From an uncultured Spirochaetota bacterium (GTDB lineage: Bacteria > Spirochaetota > Spirochaetia > SZUA-6 > Fen-1364): a DNA stretch of 64,000 nucleotides. A program made the translations under genes and the position numbers. Every line of letters begins with the position of its first letter. The first letter of the stretch is position 1. This document shows, one piece after another, positions 31,105 through 42,375 of this stretch. A model generated the notes under the pieces. It did no database searches and was not told where the DNA came from. It worked only from the letters and a program-made list of their open reading frames with translations. The stretch spans positions 672,001 through 736,000 of the forward strand of contig CAWAHW010000004.1 in the NCBI GenBank assembly GCA_963781885.1, in the 5' to 3' direction.

Positions 31105-32241
31105 ATGCAGGAAAAGGTCTCTGTCGAGGTCGTGGAGTCTTCCCGGACGAGGGCTGGAAAGGAGTTCGTCGATTTCCCGCACCGCCTCTACCGGGGCTGT
31201 GCGCAGTGGGTGCCGCAGTTCCGGCGCGACATCCGCATGGCACTCGATCGGCGGCACCCTTCCTTCGCGCACGTCGCGGCGTGCTTCTTCATCGCGCGCC
31301 GGGACGGGCAGACCGTGGGGACCATCGCCGCCATCGACAACGCGGCGTACAACGCCTACCACAAGACACGGCAGGGGCACTTCTACTACTTCGACTGCAT
31401 CGACGACCGCGCCGTCTCCCATGCGCTCCTGGAGGCGGTCTTCGGCTGGCTGCGCGGCCGGGGCCTCACCCGCGTCGTCGGCCCCTACGGATTCGGCTTC
31501 ACGGGCATGGGCGCGCTCGTGGACGGCTTCGAGCACCGCGCCGTCATGACGATGATGGGCTACAACCACCCCTGGTACGGCCCGGCGCTGGAGGCGGAGG
31601 GGTTCTCGAAGCTGCGCGACCAGTACTCCGCGTTCATCGATGCGGGGGCCTTCACGCTGCCGGACAAGGTCCGCCGCGTGGCGGAGATCGCGCTGAAACG
31701 GGGCAGCTTCGAGGTGCCGGACTTCCGCACGAAGCGCGCGCTCGCGCGCCGCGCCACGGCCCTCGCCAGGGTCTACAACGATTCCTTCCAGTCCCACGGC
31801 GATGAGTTCTACCCGTTCAGCAGCGGTGAGATCCGGCAGATCACTGCGGACCTGCTTGCCGTCGCCGACCCGTCGCTCGTGAAGCTGCTCGTCTGCAAGG
31901 GTGAGATCGCGGGCTTTCTCTTCGGCTTCCCCGACCTTTCCGCCGCGCTCCAGCGGTCCCACGGGCGGATCACGCCCTGGGGCATCATCGACCTTCTCCT
32001 GGAGTATCGCCGCACGCGATGGTTGGTGGTCAACGGGGCGGGCATCCTCCCCCAGTACCAGAGGCTTGGCGGCAACGCGCTTCTCTATTACATGCTGGAA
32101 AAGATCGCAAAGCAGAAGAGATTTCTCTACGTGGACGCCGTGCAGATCGCCGAAACGACCGAGCTGATGCTGTCCGACCTTGGGACGCTCGGCGGAAAGA
32201 TCTACAAAGTGCACCGTCTCTACCAGCGCGACCTCATTTGA
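31105..32241 (+). CDS. GNAT-like (YghO-type) protein
   Basis: FVDFPHRLY...WVP, GTIAAI, YNHPWY, GILPQYQRLG. Confidence 0.7.
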   Translation: MQEKVSVEVVESSRTRAGKEFVDFPHRLYRGCAQWVPQFRRDIRMALDRRHPSFAHVAACFFIARRDGQTVGTIAAIDNAAYNAYHKTRQGHFYYFDCIDDRAVSHALLEAVFGWLRGRGLTRVVGPYGFGFTGMGALVDGFEHRAVMTMMGYNHPWYGPALEAEGFSKLRDQYSAFIDAGAFTLPDKVRRVAEIALKRGSFEVPDFRTKRALARRATALARVYNDSFQSHGDEFYPFSSGEIRQITADLLAVADPSLVKLLVCKGEIAGFLFGFPDLSAALQRSHGRITPWGIIDLLLEYRRTRWLVVNGAGILPQYQRLGGNALLYYMLEKIAKQKRFLYVDAVQIAETTELMLSDLGTLGGKIYKVHRLYQRDLI

Positions 32242-32340
32242 GCCGGAACAGAGTCGGCGCTACGTTTTGCTGTTTCTTCAAGCCTTATGGATGCCCGGAT
32301 TGACAGCAGAATGCCATTCTGAACAGAATCGACGACTGAT

Positions 32341-33312
32341 ATGACCGACGAAGATGTCTTGAATCAAAGCCGATACGAGCCGCTCATCGAGCAGATGATC
32401 GCCAACTCTACCGGCGCGCCGATAGTGACCGAAGAGAACGTTTTCCAGCCGGGCAGACCGGCAAACAAGCCGCTCGTGCACGAGATCATCAAGGATTTGC
32501 TCCTGCCGGGCAGCCGCATCATCGGCAAGGAAAACCTCATCGAGCTTCACCGTCTGGCCAAAAAGAAGAAGCCCTGCCTGATCCTCATGGAGCACTACAG
32601 CAACTTCGACATCCCCTGCTTCTACGAGCTGCTGGAAAGGTGCGGAGAGGGCTACCGGCAGGCGGCAGAGGCGATCGTCTCCATCGCCGGGGTCAAGCTC
32701 AATGAGGAGAGCAAGCTCGTCCTCGCCTTCACCGAGGTCTTTACGCGCGTGGTGCTCTACCCGTCGCGCGGCCTGGAATCCATCGCCGACCCCAAGACGC
32801 GCCGGGACGCCGAAAAGAGGCGGGCGCGGCTGAACATTGCCGCCATGAAGAGGCTCATGTCCCTGCGCAAGGAAGGGAGGCTCATCCTCCTGTTCCCGTC
32901 CGGGACGCGCTACCGCCCGTGGGACCCTTCCACCGCCCAGGGCCTGAAAGAGATCGACACCTATCTCAAGTTCTATTCCCACATGGTGCTCGTGGCGATC
33001 AACGGCAACACGCTCAAGCCCAATCCGCACGGCGGCATGGACGAGGACTTCCCGACACGGGACGTGATGATCTACACCGTCCAGGGCGTGCAAAAGTGCT
33101 CCGACTTCCGCCGCCGGGCGCTGAAGTCCTCCCCGCGCGACGCCGATCCCAAGCAGCACGTGGCGGACTCCGTCATGGCCGCGCTGCGGAAGGTGCACGA
33201 CCGCACGGAGACCGCCCGCCAGCGTCTCCTGGAGGAGCTGCGCGTCCGGGCGCGGGCGGGCGGGGCCCATCTTGCGACGGAAGGGCCGGGCACCGGCGGC
33301 CCTGCCGGCTGA
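32341..33312 (+). CDS. Glycerol-3-phosphate acyltransferase (soluble, plastid/spirochaete-like)
   Basis: EHYSNFD (HX4D) and LFPSGTR motifs. Confidence 0.75.
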   Translation: MTDEDVLNQSRYEPLIEQMIANSTGAPIVTEENVFQPGRPANKPLVHEIIKDLLLPGSRIIGKENLIELHRLAKKKKPCLILMEHYSNFDIPCFYELLERCGEGYRQAAEAIVSIAGVKLNEESKLVLAFTEVFTRVVLYPSRGLESIADPKTRRDAEKRRARLNIAAMKRLMSLRKEGRLILLFPSGTRYRPWDPSTAQGLKEIDTYLKFYSHMVLVAINGNTLKPNPHGGMDEDFPTRDVMIYTVQGVQKCSDFRRRALKSSPRDADPKQHVADSVMAALRKVHDRTETARQRLLEELRVRARAGGAHLATEGPGTGGPAG

Positions 33313-34158
33313 ATGAATCCGCCGCTTGCGGCCTCCGCGCGACCCGCTCCGCTCCGCGAGCTTCCACCCGCGATCCGGCAGGGTGTCGCGCACCTTTTCA
33401 CCGACATCGACGACACCCTCACGACGGACGGCATGCTTCCCGCCTCCTCCTATGGCGCGCTCTGGGACCTTGCCGCGGCGGGGATCCGGATCGTCGCGGT
33501 GACGGGAAGGCCGGCGGGCTGGTGCGATCACATCGCGCGCATGTGGCCGGTGGCGGGCGTGATCGGCGAAAACGGCGCGTTCGTGTACCGCTACGACCGA
33601 AAGTCCCGCCGCATGCGAAGGCTCTACGCCTCCCCCGAGGTCGGTTCGCCCGATGAGCGGGCGGCGCTCGCCGCGATTGCCGCGCGCGTGCTGCGCGAGG
33701 TGCCCGGCACTGCCGTCGCGGCGGACCAGCCCTTCCGCGTCGCAGACTTCGCCATCGATTACAGCGAAGACGTGCCGCCCCTTCCCCTTTCCCAAGCGGA
33801 CGCGATCTGCCGCATCCTGGATGAGGAAGGGGTGCATTTCCGCGTCTCCAGCATCCACGTGAACTTCTGGAAGGGCGACTTCGACAAGATGGGCGGCGTG
33901 CGCTGCTTTTTCGCGGAGGAGGGGGCGGACCCGGAAGCGATGATGGACAGCGCCGTGTTCATCGGGGATTCGCCGAACGACGAGCCGCTCTTTGCGGGCT
34001 TCCCGCACACCATCGCCGTCGGCAACATACGCCGGTTTCTCGGTCGCCTGACGCACCTGCCCGAGTATATCGCGGAGCAGGACGGCGCTGCTGGATTCTG
34101 TGCCGCCGCGGCCCTTTTCATCGAGGCACGGGGCGCGCTCAGAACGGCAGGTTGCTGA
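33313..34158 (+). CDS. HAD-IIB family hydrolase
   Basis: TDIDDTLT, VTGRPAGW, IGDSPND. Confidence 0.88.
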   Translation: MNPPLAASARPAPLRELPPAIRQGVAHLFTDIDDTLTTDGMLPASSYGALWDLAAAGIRIVAVTGRPAGWCDHIARMWPVAGVIGENGAFVYRYDRKSRRMRRLYASPEVGSPDERAALAAIAARVLREVPGTAVAADQPFRVADFAIDYSEDVPPLPLSQADAICRILDEEGVHFRVSSIHVNFWKGDFDKMGGVRCFFAEEGADPEAMMDSAVFIGDSPNDEPLFAGFPHTIAVGNIRRFLGRLTHLPEYIAEQDGAAGFCAAAALFIEARGALRTAGC

Positions 34159-35038
34159 GACTGCACTCCATGATCTGCGTCACCGGCTCGAAACCCACCG
34201 ACTGGAAGAAGTCGGAGAAGCGCAGCGATTTTCCCGCGAGCTCCAGCGTCAGGAGCTGCATGCCGCGGCCCCGCATACTCGTCAGGAATTGACGCAGGAG
34301 GCTCTCCCCAAGCCCCGTGCCCCGCAGGGCGGGCGTCACCGCAAGCTGCACGATGTGGACCGCGTGCTGTTCGATCACCCCCCAGGCAAAACCTGCGAGA
34401 TCCGCGGCCGGGGTCTCCGCGATGAGAACGGGAGCATTCTCCTCCCCTGCCGCGGGAAGTCCGTCCCTTCGCTCGGCGTAGCGCTCCTCCAGCCTTGCCG
34501 GGGACTCGGTGGGGAACTGCTCGAAGAAGGCGTCCCGGTCGAGCTGTCGCACCGCTTGCGCCTGTGCCCCGATGCCCCAGGAGAAGGAGAAATCGCTCAT
34601 CACGAGCTCATCGGTCTCCTCCAACTCCACCGGAAGCTTCGCCAGACCGCGTGCCTCGCGGTTTGCATTGTACCAGCTCACGATGATGCCCTGCAGGCGC
34701 CTCTCCTTGTAGGCGAACCAGAGCTTTTCCATCTCCTTGTTCTGCTTCAAGGCATCCTTGAAGGCGCGAAACACACCCTTGCCCATGGTGAGGGCGTGGG
34801 AGAGCTGCTCGCGGTAGGCAGGGTTGTCCAGGGACGTCACGAAGCTCTCCATAAGGTGAAAGCCCTCCGCGGAACCCCAGCGGGGAAGCGGCACGCGCCC
34901 TTCATCCACGCCCTCCGCGGGAGGGCCCTGCCAGGGAACGAGCTCGCCGGAGTCAATATTCACGGCGAATCTCTGCTTCTGGTCCTCCATGGCAAAGGCG
35001 ATCTTGTCCACCATCTGCGGCGTGAGCTCGAAGTTCAT
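34139..35038 (-). CDS. UPF0158-like N-terminal domain plus GNAT acetyltransferase
   Basis: GFHLMESFV...GKGVFRAFKD; QLAVTPALRGTGLG acetyl-CoA motif. Confidence 0.75.
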   Translation of the reverse strand: MNFELTPQMVDKIAFAMEDQKQRFAVNIDSGELVPWQGPPAEGVDEGRVPLPRWGSAEGFHLMESFVTSLDNPAYREQLSHALTMGKGVFRAFKDALKQNKEMEKLWFAYKERRLQGIIVSWYNANREARGLAKLPVELEETDELVMSDFSFSWGIGAQAQAVRQLDRDAFFEQFPTESPARLEERYAERRDGLPAAGEENAPVLIAETPAADLAGFAWGVIEQHAVHIVQLAVTPALRGTGLGESLLRQFLTSMRGRGMQLLTLELAGKSLRFSDFFQSVGFEPVTQIMECSLSNLPF

Positions 35039-35206
35039 ATGGCCCATTGTAGGGCATGCCCGCCGGCGGCGCAACCCGGCCACCGTCGCGGGCGGCATTC
35101 CGGGGGCCACTGTACCTCGCACGGCACCCCGTTCGGTGAAGTGGCATTTGCAGCGGGGCCACGCATTGACACCATCCCGCCCCCGTCGGCATACTGAGGC
35201 ATGTGA

Positions 35207-36565
<1,359 letters not shown>

Positions 36566-36583
36566 GGGCGGAAAGACAACTGG

Positions 36584-36606
36584 GGGGCGCCGATGGCGCC
36601 CCTTTT
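36584..36606 (+). terminator. Rho-independent terminator of eno
   Basis: ggggcgcc-gat-ggcgcccc-tttt. Confidence 0.75.
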
Positions 36607-36677
36607 CATTTGAGCAGCGCGAGGGCCCGGGAAGGTGCAGAGCTTCACCGGGCCGCCCCCGTCGGGGGCACGGAGGT

Positions 36678-36956
36678 TCAGAGAGGGGGGGATGCCTGGA
36701 GCAGGCTCCCGACGGCGTTCCCGGCAACGTTGATGCCGATCAACGCGGCAAGACCCATGACCCAGAAGATGACGGCCATTATCTTCAGACAGACAGAAAG
36801 CACCCTCAGCATGGTGTAGGGGCTCCCCTCGTCGTGGTCCCGGCGTGAATTGATGGCGATCTCGCGCAGCGCCAGGGGCTTGTCGGAGGATGCCCAGATC
36901 ATGATCCCGATGAGCACGAACAGTATGAAAAGGAACTGGGAGACTAGAAAAACCAT
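36678..36956 (-). CDS. Small 2-TM hypothetical protein
   Basis: GGAGGTGA RBS, two hydrophobic helices. Confidence 0.65.
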   Translation of the reverse strand: MVFLVSQFLFILFVLIGIMIWASSDKPLALREIAINSRRDHDEGSPYTMLRVLSVCLKIMAVIFWVMGLAALIGINVAGNAVGSLLQASPPL

Positions 36957-37109
36957 TCTTTCACCTCCGCGTGAATCACCTGTACCAAAGTCTAATGCCC
37001 GGAAGGCTCCTGTCAAGGAGGAAATCGCATTTTGCGTCGGCCGGGCCGCTTTTCCCACCCCTCGGTCCCATGCTACTCTCTGCCGATACTGGAAACGAGG
37101 GGAACAGAC

Positions 37110-37247
37110 GTGATCTATCTCATCTACAAAGACGGCGAAATACTGGTGGAGACGGACGACCTTGACTACGTGAAAACCTACGTCACCCAGAACCAGGAAT
37201 GCTCCGTGCGCGATGCGCGCACGGGAAAGAAAGTCCCGCTGGAATAG
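37110..37247 (+). CDS. Small hypothetical protein (45 aa)
   Basis: GAGGGG RBS, GTG start, host-like codon use. Confidence 0.6.
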   Translation: MIYLIYKDGEILVETDDLDYVKTYVTQNQECSVRDARTGKKVPLE

Positions 37248-37371
37248 ATGCCGCGCGCCGCAGCGGCAAAATGCCGCGGAGTACCGCAGCGACAAAATGC
37301 CGCGGAGTACCGCAGCGACAAAATGCCGCGGAGTACCGCAGCGACAAAATGCCGCGGAGTACCGCAGCGAC
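37248..37371. repeat. 26-bp tandem repeat (atgccgcggagtaccgcagcgacaaa), three full copies, one truncated and one degenerate
   Basis: Units start at 37271, 37297, 37323, 37349; degenerate copy at 37248; fills the whole gap between convergent stops. Confidence 0.92.
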
Positions 37372-38078
37372 TACAGCGCCCGGTATTCGATGCTCCCATC
37401 GGCGTGGCCGATGAGAAGCTCGGGTTTCTTCTTCGTAAAGAGGCCGTTTTCCAGCACCCCGGGGATCAGCTTCAGCTCCTCTTCCATCCTGCGCGCGTCG
37501 AAGGCCTCACGGAACGTCACGTCCAGGAGAAGGTTTCCGAGGTCAGTGACCACGGGCCCGGCCTTGCGCAGAGCCATGCGGAGGGTCGCCTCGCCGCCCA
37601 TCTCGGCGACGCGCGCGCTCACCGTCGCAAGGGCGTCCACGACGATCTCCATCGGTATCGCGAAACGCTCGCATAGCCGCTCGCTCAGCTTCGTGTGGTC
37701 CACAATGATGACAAGGCGCCGCGAGGCATACGCGGTGACCTTCTCCCGAAGGAGGGCCCCTCCCCCGCCCTTGATGAGGTTGCGGTCCGGGTCAACCTCG
37801 TCGGCACCGTCGATGACGAGGTCGAGTCCCGCGGAGAGCGCGCTGTCGTTCAACGTGGCGAGCGGAATGCCCAGCCCGCGAGCCTCCAGCTCGGTCTGGA
37901 GGCTGGTCGCCACCACGTGAATCCCGCGCAACGCGCCGGCCGCCATGCGCTCCGCGAGCCTGCGCGCCGCCCAGATGGCGGTGGATCCTGTCCCCAGCCC
38001 CAATCGCATGCCTTCCGTGACGAAACGGTCAACGGCCTGCGTGCCCAGCAGCCTTTTCACGTCACTCAGATCGCCCAT
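37371..38078 (-). CDS. rpiA: Ribose-5-phosphate isomerase A
   Basis: GLGTGST, DGADEVD, IKGGGGALLREK, GVLENGLF. Confidence 0.96.
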   Translation of the reverse strand: MGDLSDVKRLLGTQAVDRFVTEGMRLGLGTGSTAIWAARRLAERMAAGALRGIHVVATSLQTELEARGLGIPLATLNDSALSAGLDLVIDGADEVDPDRNLIKGGGGALLREKVTAYASRRLVIIVDHTKLSERLCERFAIPMEIVVDALATVSARVAEMGGEATLRMALRKAGPVVTDLGNLLLDVTFREAFDARRMEEELKLIPGVLENGLFTKKKPELLIGHADGSIEYRAL

Positions 38079-38120
38079 GTGCCGCCTTTCCGTTGCATTG
38101 CCCTGCCAGCACCTTATACT

Positions 38121-39269
38121 ATGAAACGGAGCACGCATACAGTGGAGACGCCTTCCATCCTTTCCCTCATCTCCTTTCCCGAATTCCTCGACCAGGTGCA
38201 GGACGGCCTCTACGTCGTCGACACGGAGAGGCGCATCGTGTTCTGGAACAAGGCCGCCGCGGAGCTCACCGGCTTCCCCGCCGCCGAGGTCGTCGGGCGG
38301 ACCTGCGGCGACGCGGAGCTCGTGAACCACCGCACGATGAGCGGCGAAAGCCTGTGCTCCGGGGAGAACTGTCCCCTCCTGCGCTGCATGCGGACGAACG
38401 CGGGGGGCACGGTGCCGCACCTGATCCTGATGAGCACGGCCAGCGGCAGACCGCTTCCCATCTCCCTCAGCGTCGGTCCCCTCCAGGCGCAGGACGGGCG
38501 CGCGGTCGGGGCGATCGCCCTTTTCCGCGGCATGCGGGAGGAATACCAGCAGCGGAAGCTCGCCGTGGAGATCCAGAAGCGCACCATCACGTCGCACGGG
38601 TTCACCCGCAACGGAATCAGGGTCGACACGATGTACGCGGCAATGGAAGAAATCGGCGGGGATTTCCTGGAGGCATTCTTTCTCGACGAATCCACCCTGA
38701 TTGCCACGGTGGCGGACGCCACGGGGCACGGCATCTCCGCCTCCCTTTTCACCATGGTGTACAAGACGCTCATGCACTCCTCCTTTGCACAATCCCGGGA
38801 GCCCGGCGCGGTCCTTGAGAGCGTCAACCGCGGCTTTCTCGAGACGGCAGGCGTGGACGGCTTCTATGTTGGGGCTTGCCTCGTGAGCTTCGATGCCGGC
38901 GCCCGGCAAGGGCGATACGCCGCGGCGGGTCATCCCCAGGGGCTGCTTTTCGCGCCGGCGGCGGGCGGCTATCGCCTGCGGGACCGGCTGGGGGTGCATT
39001 CCCCCATGTTGGGCATGGTGGAGGCGGCCCGCTATGCCGGTCTGGGCTTCCAGCTCGCCCCACGGGAGTTCCTGCTCCTGTCATCCGACGGCATGCTCGA
39101 ATCCCCGTGCCGTGACGGGAAGCAGTTCGGCATCGCGGGCATCGAGGCCTTCTTCTCACACTACGCCGGCACGGCGCCCCTGGAGGACCTCTTGGCCGAG
39201 GTGCGGCGCACGAGCGCCTTTCTTCCCCTCGCCGACGACGTGAGCGCCCTCATGCTGACCTCTCTCTGA
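38121..39269 (+). CDS. PAS-domain PP2C/SpoIIE-type phosphatase
   Basis: PAS (FWNKAAAELTGF), IGGDF, ADATGHG, SDG, ADDVS. Confidence 0.88.
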   Translation: MKRSTHTVETPSILSLISFPEFLDQVQDGLYVVDTERRIVFWNKAAAELTGFPAAEVVGRTCGDAELVNHRTMSGESLCSGENCPLLRCMRTNAGGTVPHLILMSTASGRPLPISLSVGPLQAQDGRAVGAIALFRGMREEYQQRKLAVEIQKRTITSHGFTRNGIRVDTMYAAMEEIGGDFLEAFFLDESTLIATVADATGHGISASLFTMVYKTLMHSSFAQSREPGAVLESVNRGFLETAGVDGFYVGACLVSFDAGARQGRYAAAGHPQGLLFAPAAGGYRLRDRLGVHSPMLGMVEAARYAGLGFQLAPREFLLLSSDGMLESPCRDGKQFGIAGIEAFFSHYAGTAPLEDLLAEVRRTSAFLPLADDVSALMLTSL

Positions 39270-39377
39270 GGCATCGCGGCCCCTTGCCGCGGGAGGAGCT
39301 TTCTCCTATAGTGCTCATCCTCCATGCGCCACGGCGATTGCGGGCATTTATGGCCCCTTGTGCCGATACTCAAATCG

Positions 39378-40007
39378 GTGAAAAAAGCGGTCGTGCTCCT
39401 CTTCTTCCTCGCCGCAGCAGCGGCGATGGCCGATCCTGACATGCAGGGGCTCGCCTCGTGGTACGGGGGCAAGTTCCACGGTCGTCTCACGTCCAGCGGC
39501 GAGATTTTCGACACCAATACCATGACCGCTGCGCACAAGTCCCTGCCGTTCGGCACCATGGTGAAGGTCACGAACCTGGACAATGGGGCGACGGCGATCG
39601 TCAGGATCAACGACCGGGGGCCCTTCGTGGAGGGCCGGATCATCGATCTCTCGCGCGCCGCCGCCGATGCTCTGGGCATGGTCGGCATCGGCGTCGCGCA
39701 CGTCTCCCTGGAGATCGTGGGCTTCGCCTCTGACAAGGAGCTGTACGCTATCCAGGTCGGCGCCTACGGGCTGGAAAAGAACGCCGAGAAGGCCCGGGCG
39801 GCGCTGGAGGCGGCGGGATTCTTCACTTCCATGGAAAAGACCGCGTTCGGGATCGCGCGCGTGCTTGTCCGCGGAGTGGCCGCCAAGGATCTTCCCGACG
39901 CGCGCAAAAAACTGGAGACGCTCGGATTCGCGCAGTACCTCGTGAAAAAAGAGAAGGTGGAGTCGGCCCGGATCGCGCAGGAAAGCGCCGCCCCCGCCGT
40001 CCCGTAG
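39378..40007 (+). CDS. rlpA: RlpA-family lytic transglycosylase with SPOR domain
   Basis: [28 protein letters not shown]; IQVGAY SPOR. Confidence 0.9.
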   Translation: MKKAVVLLFFLAAAAAMADPDMQGLASWYGGKFHGRLTSSGEIFDTNTMTAAHKSLPFGTMVKVTNLDNGATAIVRINDRGPFVEGRIIDLSRAAADALGMVGIGVAHVSLEIVGFASDKELYAIQVGAYGLEKNAEKARAALEAAGFFTSMEKTAFGIARVLVRGVAAKDLPDARKKLETLGFAQYLVKKEKVESARIAQESAAPAVP

Positions 40008-40078
40008 ACGCGTCGACCCGCGCATGGATTGCACAGGCGCCGCAGCACAGCTATCATGACCGCAACGGCGTACACGAG

Positions 40079-40561
40079 ATGAAAAGCCTTCAGCGCACAA
40101 TCGGATGGAGTCTTGTCGGTCTGGGCGCGGTGAGCGTGTTCGTCGGCGCGAGCCCCCTCTTCCATGCCGTCATCGAGCCCCTGATCGCCGGCGGGCTCCT
40201 GTTCATCGCCGGTGCATGGATGCTTGCCGGTAAGGAGCTGCGCGGCACGGTCCGCAGAGGGCTTCGCACCGCCCGTGATACGCGCTTTTCAACGCGCCGT
40301 TCCCGCCTTCGCGGACCCGGCCCACAGATCGATCCGTTGCTGCCGGTACGGATCCTCAAGCTCGCGCGCGCGCACGGAGGCGTCCTCACCATCGCAGAAG
40401 TCGCCATTGAGCTGAACGTTCCGCTGGAGCACGCGCGCGCCGGAATCAGCGAATGCGTGCGGACGGGCAACGCCGTGGCCGACTATGACATCCCACGCGG
40501 ACACGAGCTGTACCGGTTCCCCGAGCTCACCCCGGGCCCGCCGGATCAGCATCCCGATTGA
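40079..40561 (+). CDS. Hypothetical membrane protein with C-terminal wHTH-like region
   Basis: Two TM helices, then ILKLARAHGGVLTIAEVA. Confidence 0.65.
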   Translation: MKSLQRTIGWSLVGLGAVSVFVGASPLFHAVIEPLIAGGLLFIAGAWMLAGKELRGTVRRGLRTARDTRFSTRRSRLRGPGPQIDPLLPVRILKLARAHGGVLTIAEVAIELNVPLEHARAGISECVRTGNAVADYDIPRGHELYRFPELTPGPPDQHPD

Positions 40562-40586
40562 CAGCAGGATGTGCCGCCGGTAGAAT
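40558..40586 (+). promoter_or_regulatory. tRNA promoter
   Basis: TTGACA-17 bp-TAGAAT, 13 bp upstream of the tRNA. Confidence 0.7.
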
Positions 40587-40599
40587 CACGCGTCATTCC

Positions 40600-40673
40600 G
40601 CCCCAGTAGCTCAGCTGGATAGAGCGACGGTTTCCTAAACCGTAGGTCAGATGTTCGAGTCATCCCTGGGGCA
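40600..40673 (+). tRNA. tRNA-Arg(CCT), no encoded CCA
   Basis: Acceptor GCCCCAG/CTGGGGC, D-arm GCTC/GAGC, anticodon arm ACGGT-TTCCTAA-ACCGT, T-loop TTCGAGT. Confidence 0.95.
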
Positions 40674-40785
40674 AACGTAACTCCTTATTATAAAAGGAGT
40701 TACTCCAGATCGCCACCCGAAAACGGGCGCGTTCTCAACTCACTATGAGATGGATTGTGAGATAAATCCATCGGAAGGGAGTGGG

Positions 40786-42240
40786 ATGCGCCACGATCAG
40801 TTCTCTTTGCATCGCCGCGGCGGAATTTGGTATGTGCAATTCTACAATCCACACACGCACCGATATCTTACGGCGCGCTCCACCGCAGAGTCCAACCGGA
40901 ACGCTGCCCTTCTGAAGGTCGCAGCTTGGACACGAGACGGGGTGCCCGATTCATCCCGCGGCGCCCGGCGGCTGCGGGAGCTGCTGGACCTCGACTTGGC
41001 AATTTCCATCATCCGAAGCGCACCGCTCACCGTTGATGACGCCGGCAGGATAGTTCAGGCTTTGAAGGATCGCGACTTGATACGAGACGCAACGGTAGGT
41101 ACCGGCCCTGTGTCGGAACCCCTGATCACCTTTCTTGAGCGTTTCTGGGACTATGAACAGTCGCCATATGTGCGAGAGAGAGTTGCTCATGGCCAGCGAA
41201 TCAGCCGCCGCCATTGCCGCGAGGCGAGCATCCGGCTTGAGTGCTACTGGAAGCCGTACTTCGGGAAAGACAAGGCACTTTCGGAAGTCCGCAAGTCTGA
41301 CATCAACACCTTCTCCCTATGGCTGAAGCAAGACAAGGGGCTTATGGGTACCACTGTGAACAATGTCCTTTCGGCGGGGACGGTTCCCCTCCGCTGGGCG
41401 GCAAGAAACGAGGTCATCTCAAGGAACCCAGCTGAGGGACTCATGGGCTTCTCGGGCAAACATGTGAAGCGGGGCGTCCTCACTGATTCAGAGGTCGAGC
41501 AGCTCTTCGCGCTTGCTTGGCCCGACAAGCATTCAAAGATTGCCAACATGCTGGCAATGAGCACGGGGCTCCGAGCCGGGGAAATACTCGCGCTGCAAGT
41601 TCGAGACATTGGAGATGATCGCCTCTACGTCCGCCATACGTGGAACAAATGGGATGCGTTGAAGGGCACCAAGACGGACAAGGAACGGACAGTGCCGATC
41701 ATTCCGTCAATCAAGACTTCCCTCCTCGACCTTGCACGGGGTAATCCCAACGAGGCAGGTCCGAGCACCTTCATCTTTTGGTCTGTCTCCAACCCTGAGC
41801 GGCCCATGGAGCCTGATCGCCTTATCGACGGCCTCCGTGCAGCTCTGCTGCGCCTGAAGGTAAGCGAGAGCGAAATGAAAGATAAGCCAAAGGTCAAGGC
41901 CGCGAAGGAGTACTGGAAGCGCCGTCTTGTCGTGTTTCATTCCTGGCGTCACTACTTCGCAGCACGCATGGCGGACCACCTCGACAAGAGAAAGGTCATG
42001 CTCGCCACAGGTCATTCCGACGGAGCTGTCTTCGATGCCTATGCAGACCACAGCAACGAACAGGTCTTTCACGAAGTGGAGAAAGCCGCGACCGACGTAT
42101 TTGGGAAACTTCTCCATTTTCCGGTAGTGGCAGCTGAGACGAATGATGCAGAGGAAAAAAGGTTGTCCGGGGCACGGTCGAAAAAGTTGCCGCCTCCGAG
42201 TAGCCCGAGAGGGCGGCCTCGTGCGATAGCCAGAAGTTGA
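40786..42240 (+). CDS. Tyrosine recombinase/integrase
   Basis: TGLRAGE (R), KT, FHSWRH (HxxR), TGH, Y in DAYADH. Confidence 0.92.
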   Translation: MRHDQFSLHRRGGIWYVQFYNPHTHRYLTARSTAESNRNAALLKVAAWTRDGVPDSSRGARRLRELLDLDLAISIIRSAPLTVDDAGRIVQALKDRDLIRDATVGTGPVSEPLITFLERFWDYEQSPYVRERVAHGQRISRRHCREASIRLECYWKPYFGKDKALSEVRKSDINTFSLWLKQDKGLMGTTVNNVLSAGTVPLRWAARNEVISRNPAEGLMGFSGKHVKRGVLTDSEVEQLFALAWPDKHSKIANMLAMSTGLRAGEILALQVRDIGDDRLYVRHTWNKWDALKGTKTDKERTVPIIPSIKTSLLDLARGNPNEAGPSTFIFWSVSNPERPMEPDRLIDGLRAALLRLKVSESEMKDKPKVKAAKEYWKRRLVVFHSWRHYFAARMADHLDKRKVMLATGHSDGAVFDAYADHSNEQVFHEVEKAATDVFGKLLHFPVVAAETNDAEEKRLSGARSKKLPPPSSPRGRPRAIARS

Positions 42241-42375
42241 GGGAGAGGGGGGCATTTCCCACGCATGGACGGTACCCGCTTGCCTTTGTCTATGCACTGA
42301 CCGAGTACAGTGCTATTCTCCGCAGTAACAGCCGCAAGCGTTTGCATTCCGAACAATGTGAAAGGAGAAATCACA

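Noticed and set aside
37248-37371. CRISPR array
   Set aside because: The units are contiguous with no unique spacers, and no cas genes are in the window.
40786-42240. Integron integrase IntI serving the attC-like sites
   Set aside because: It has a long N-terminal arm and sits next to a tRNA like an island integrase; no IntI-type motifs or attI site were recognised.
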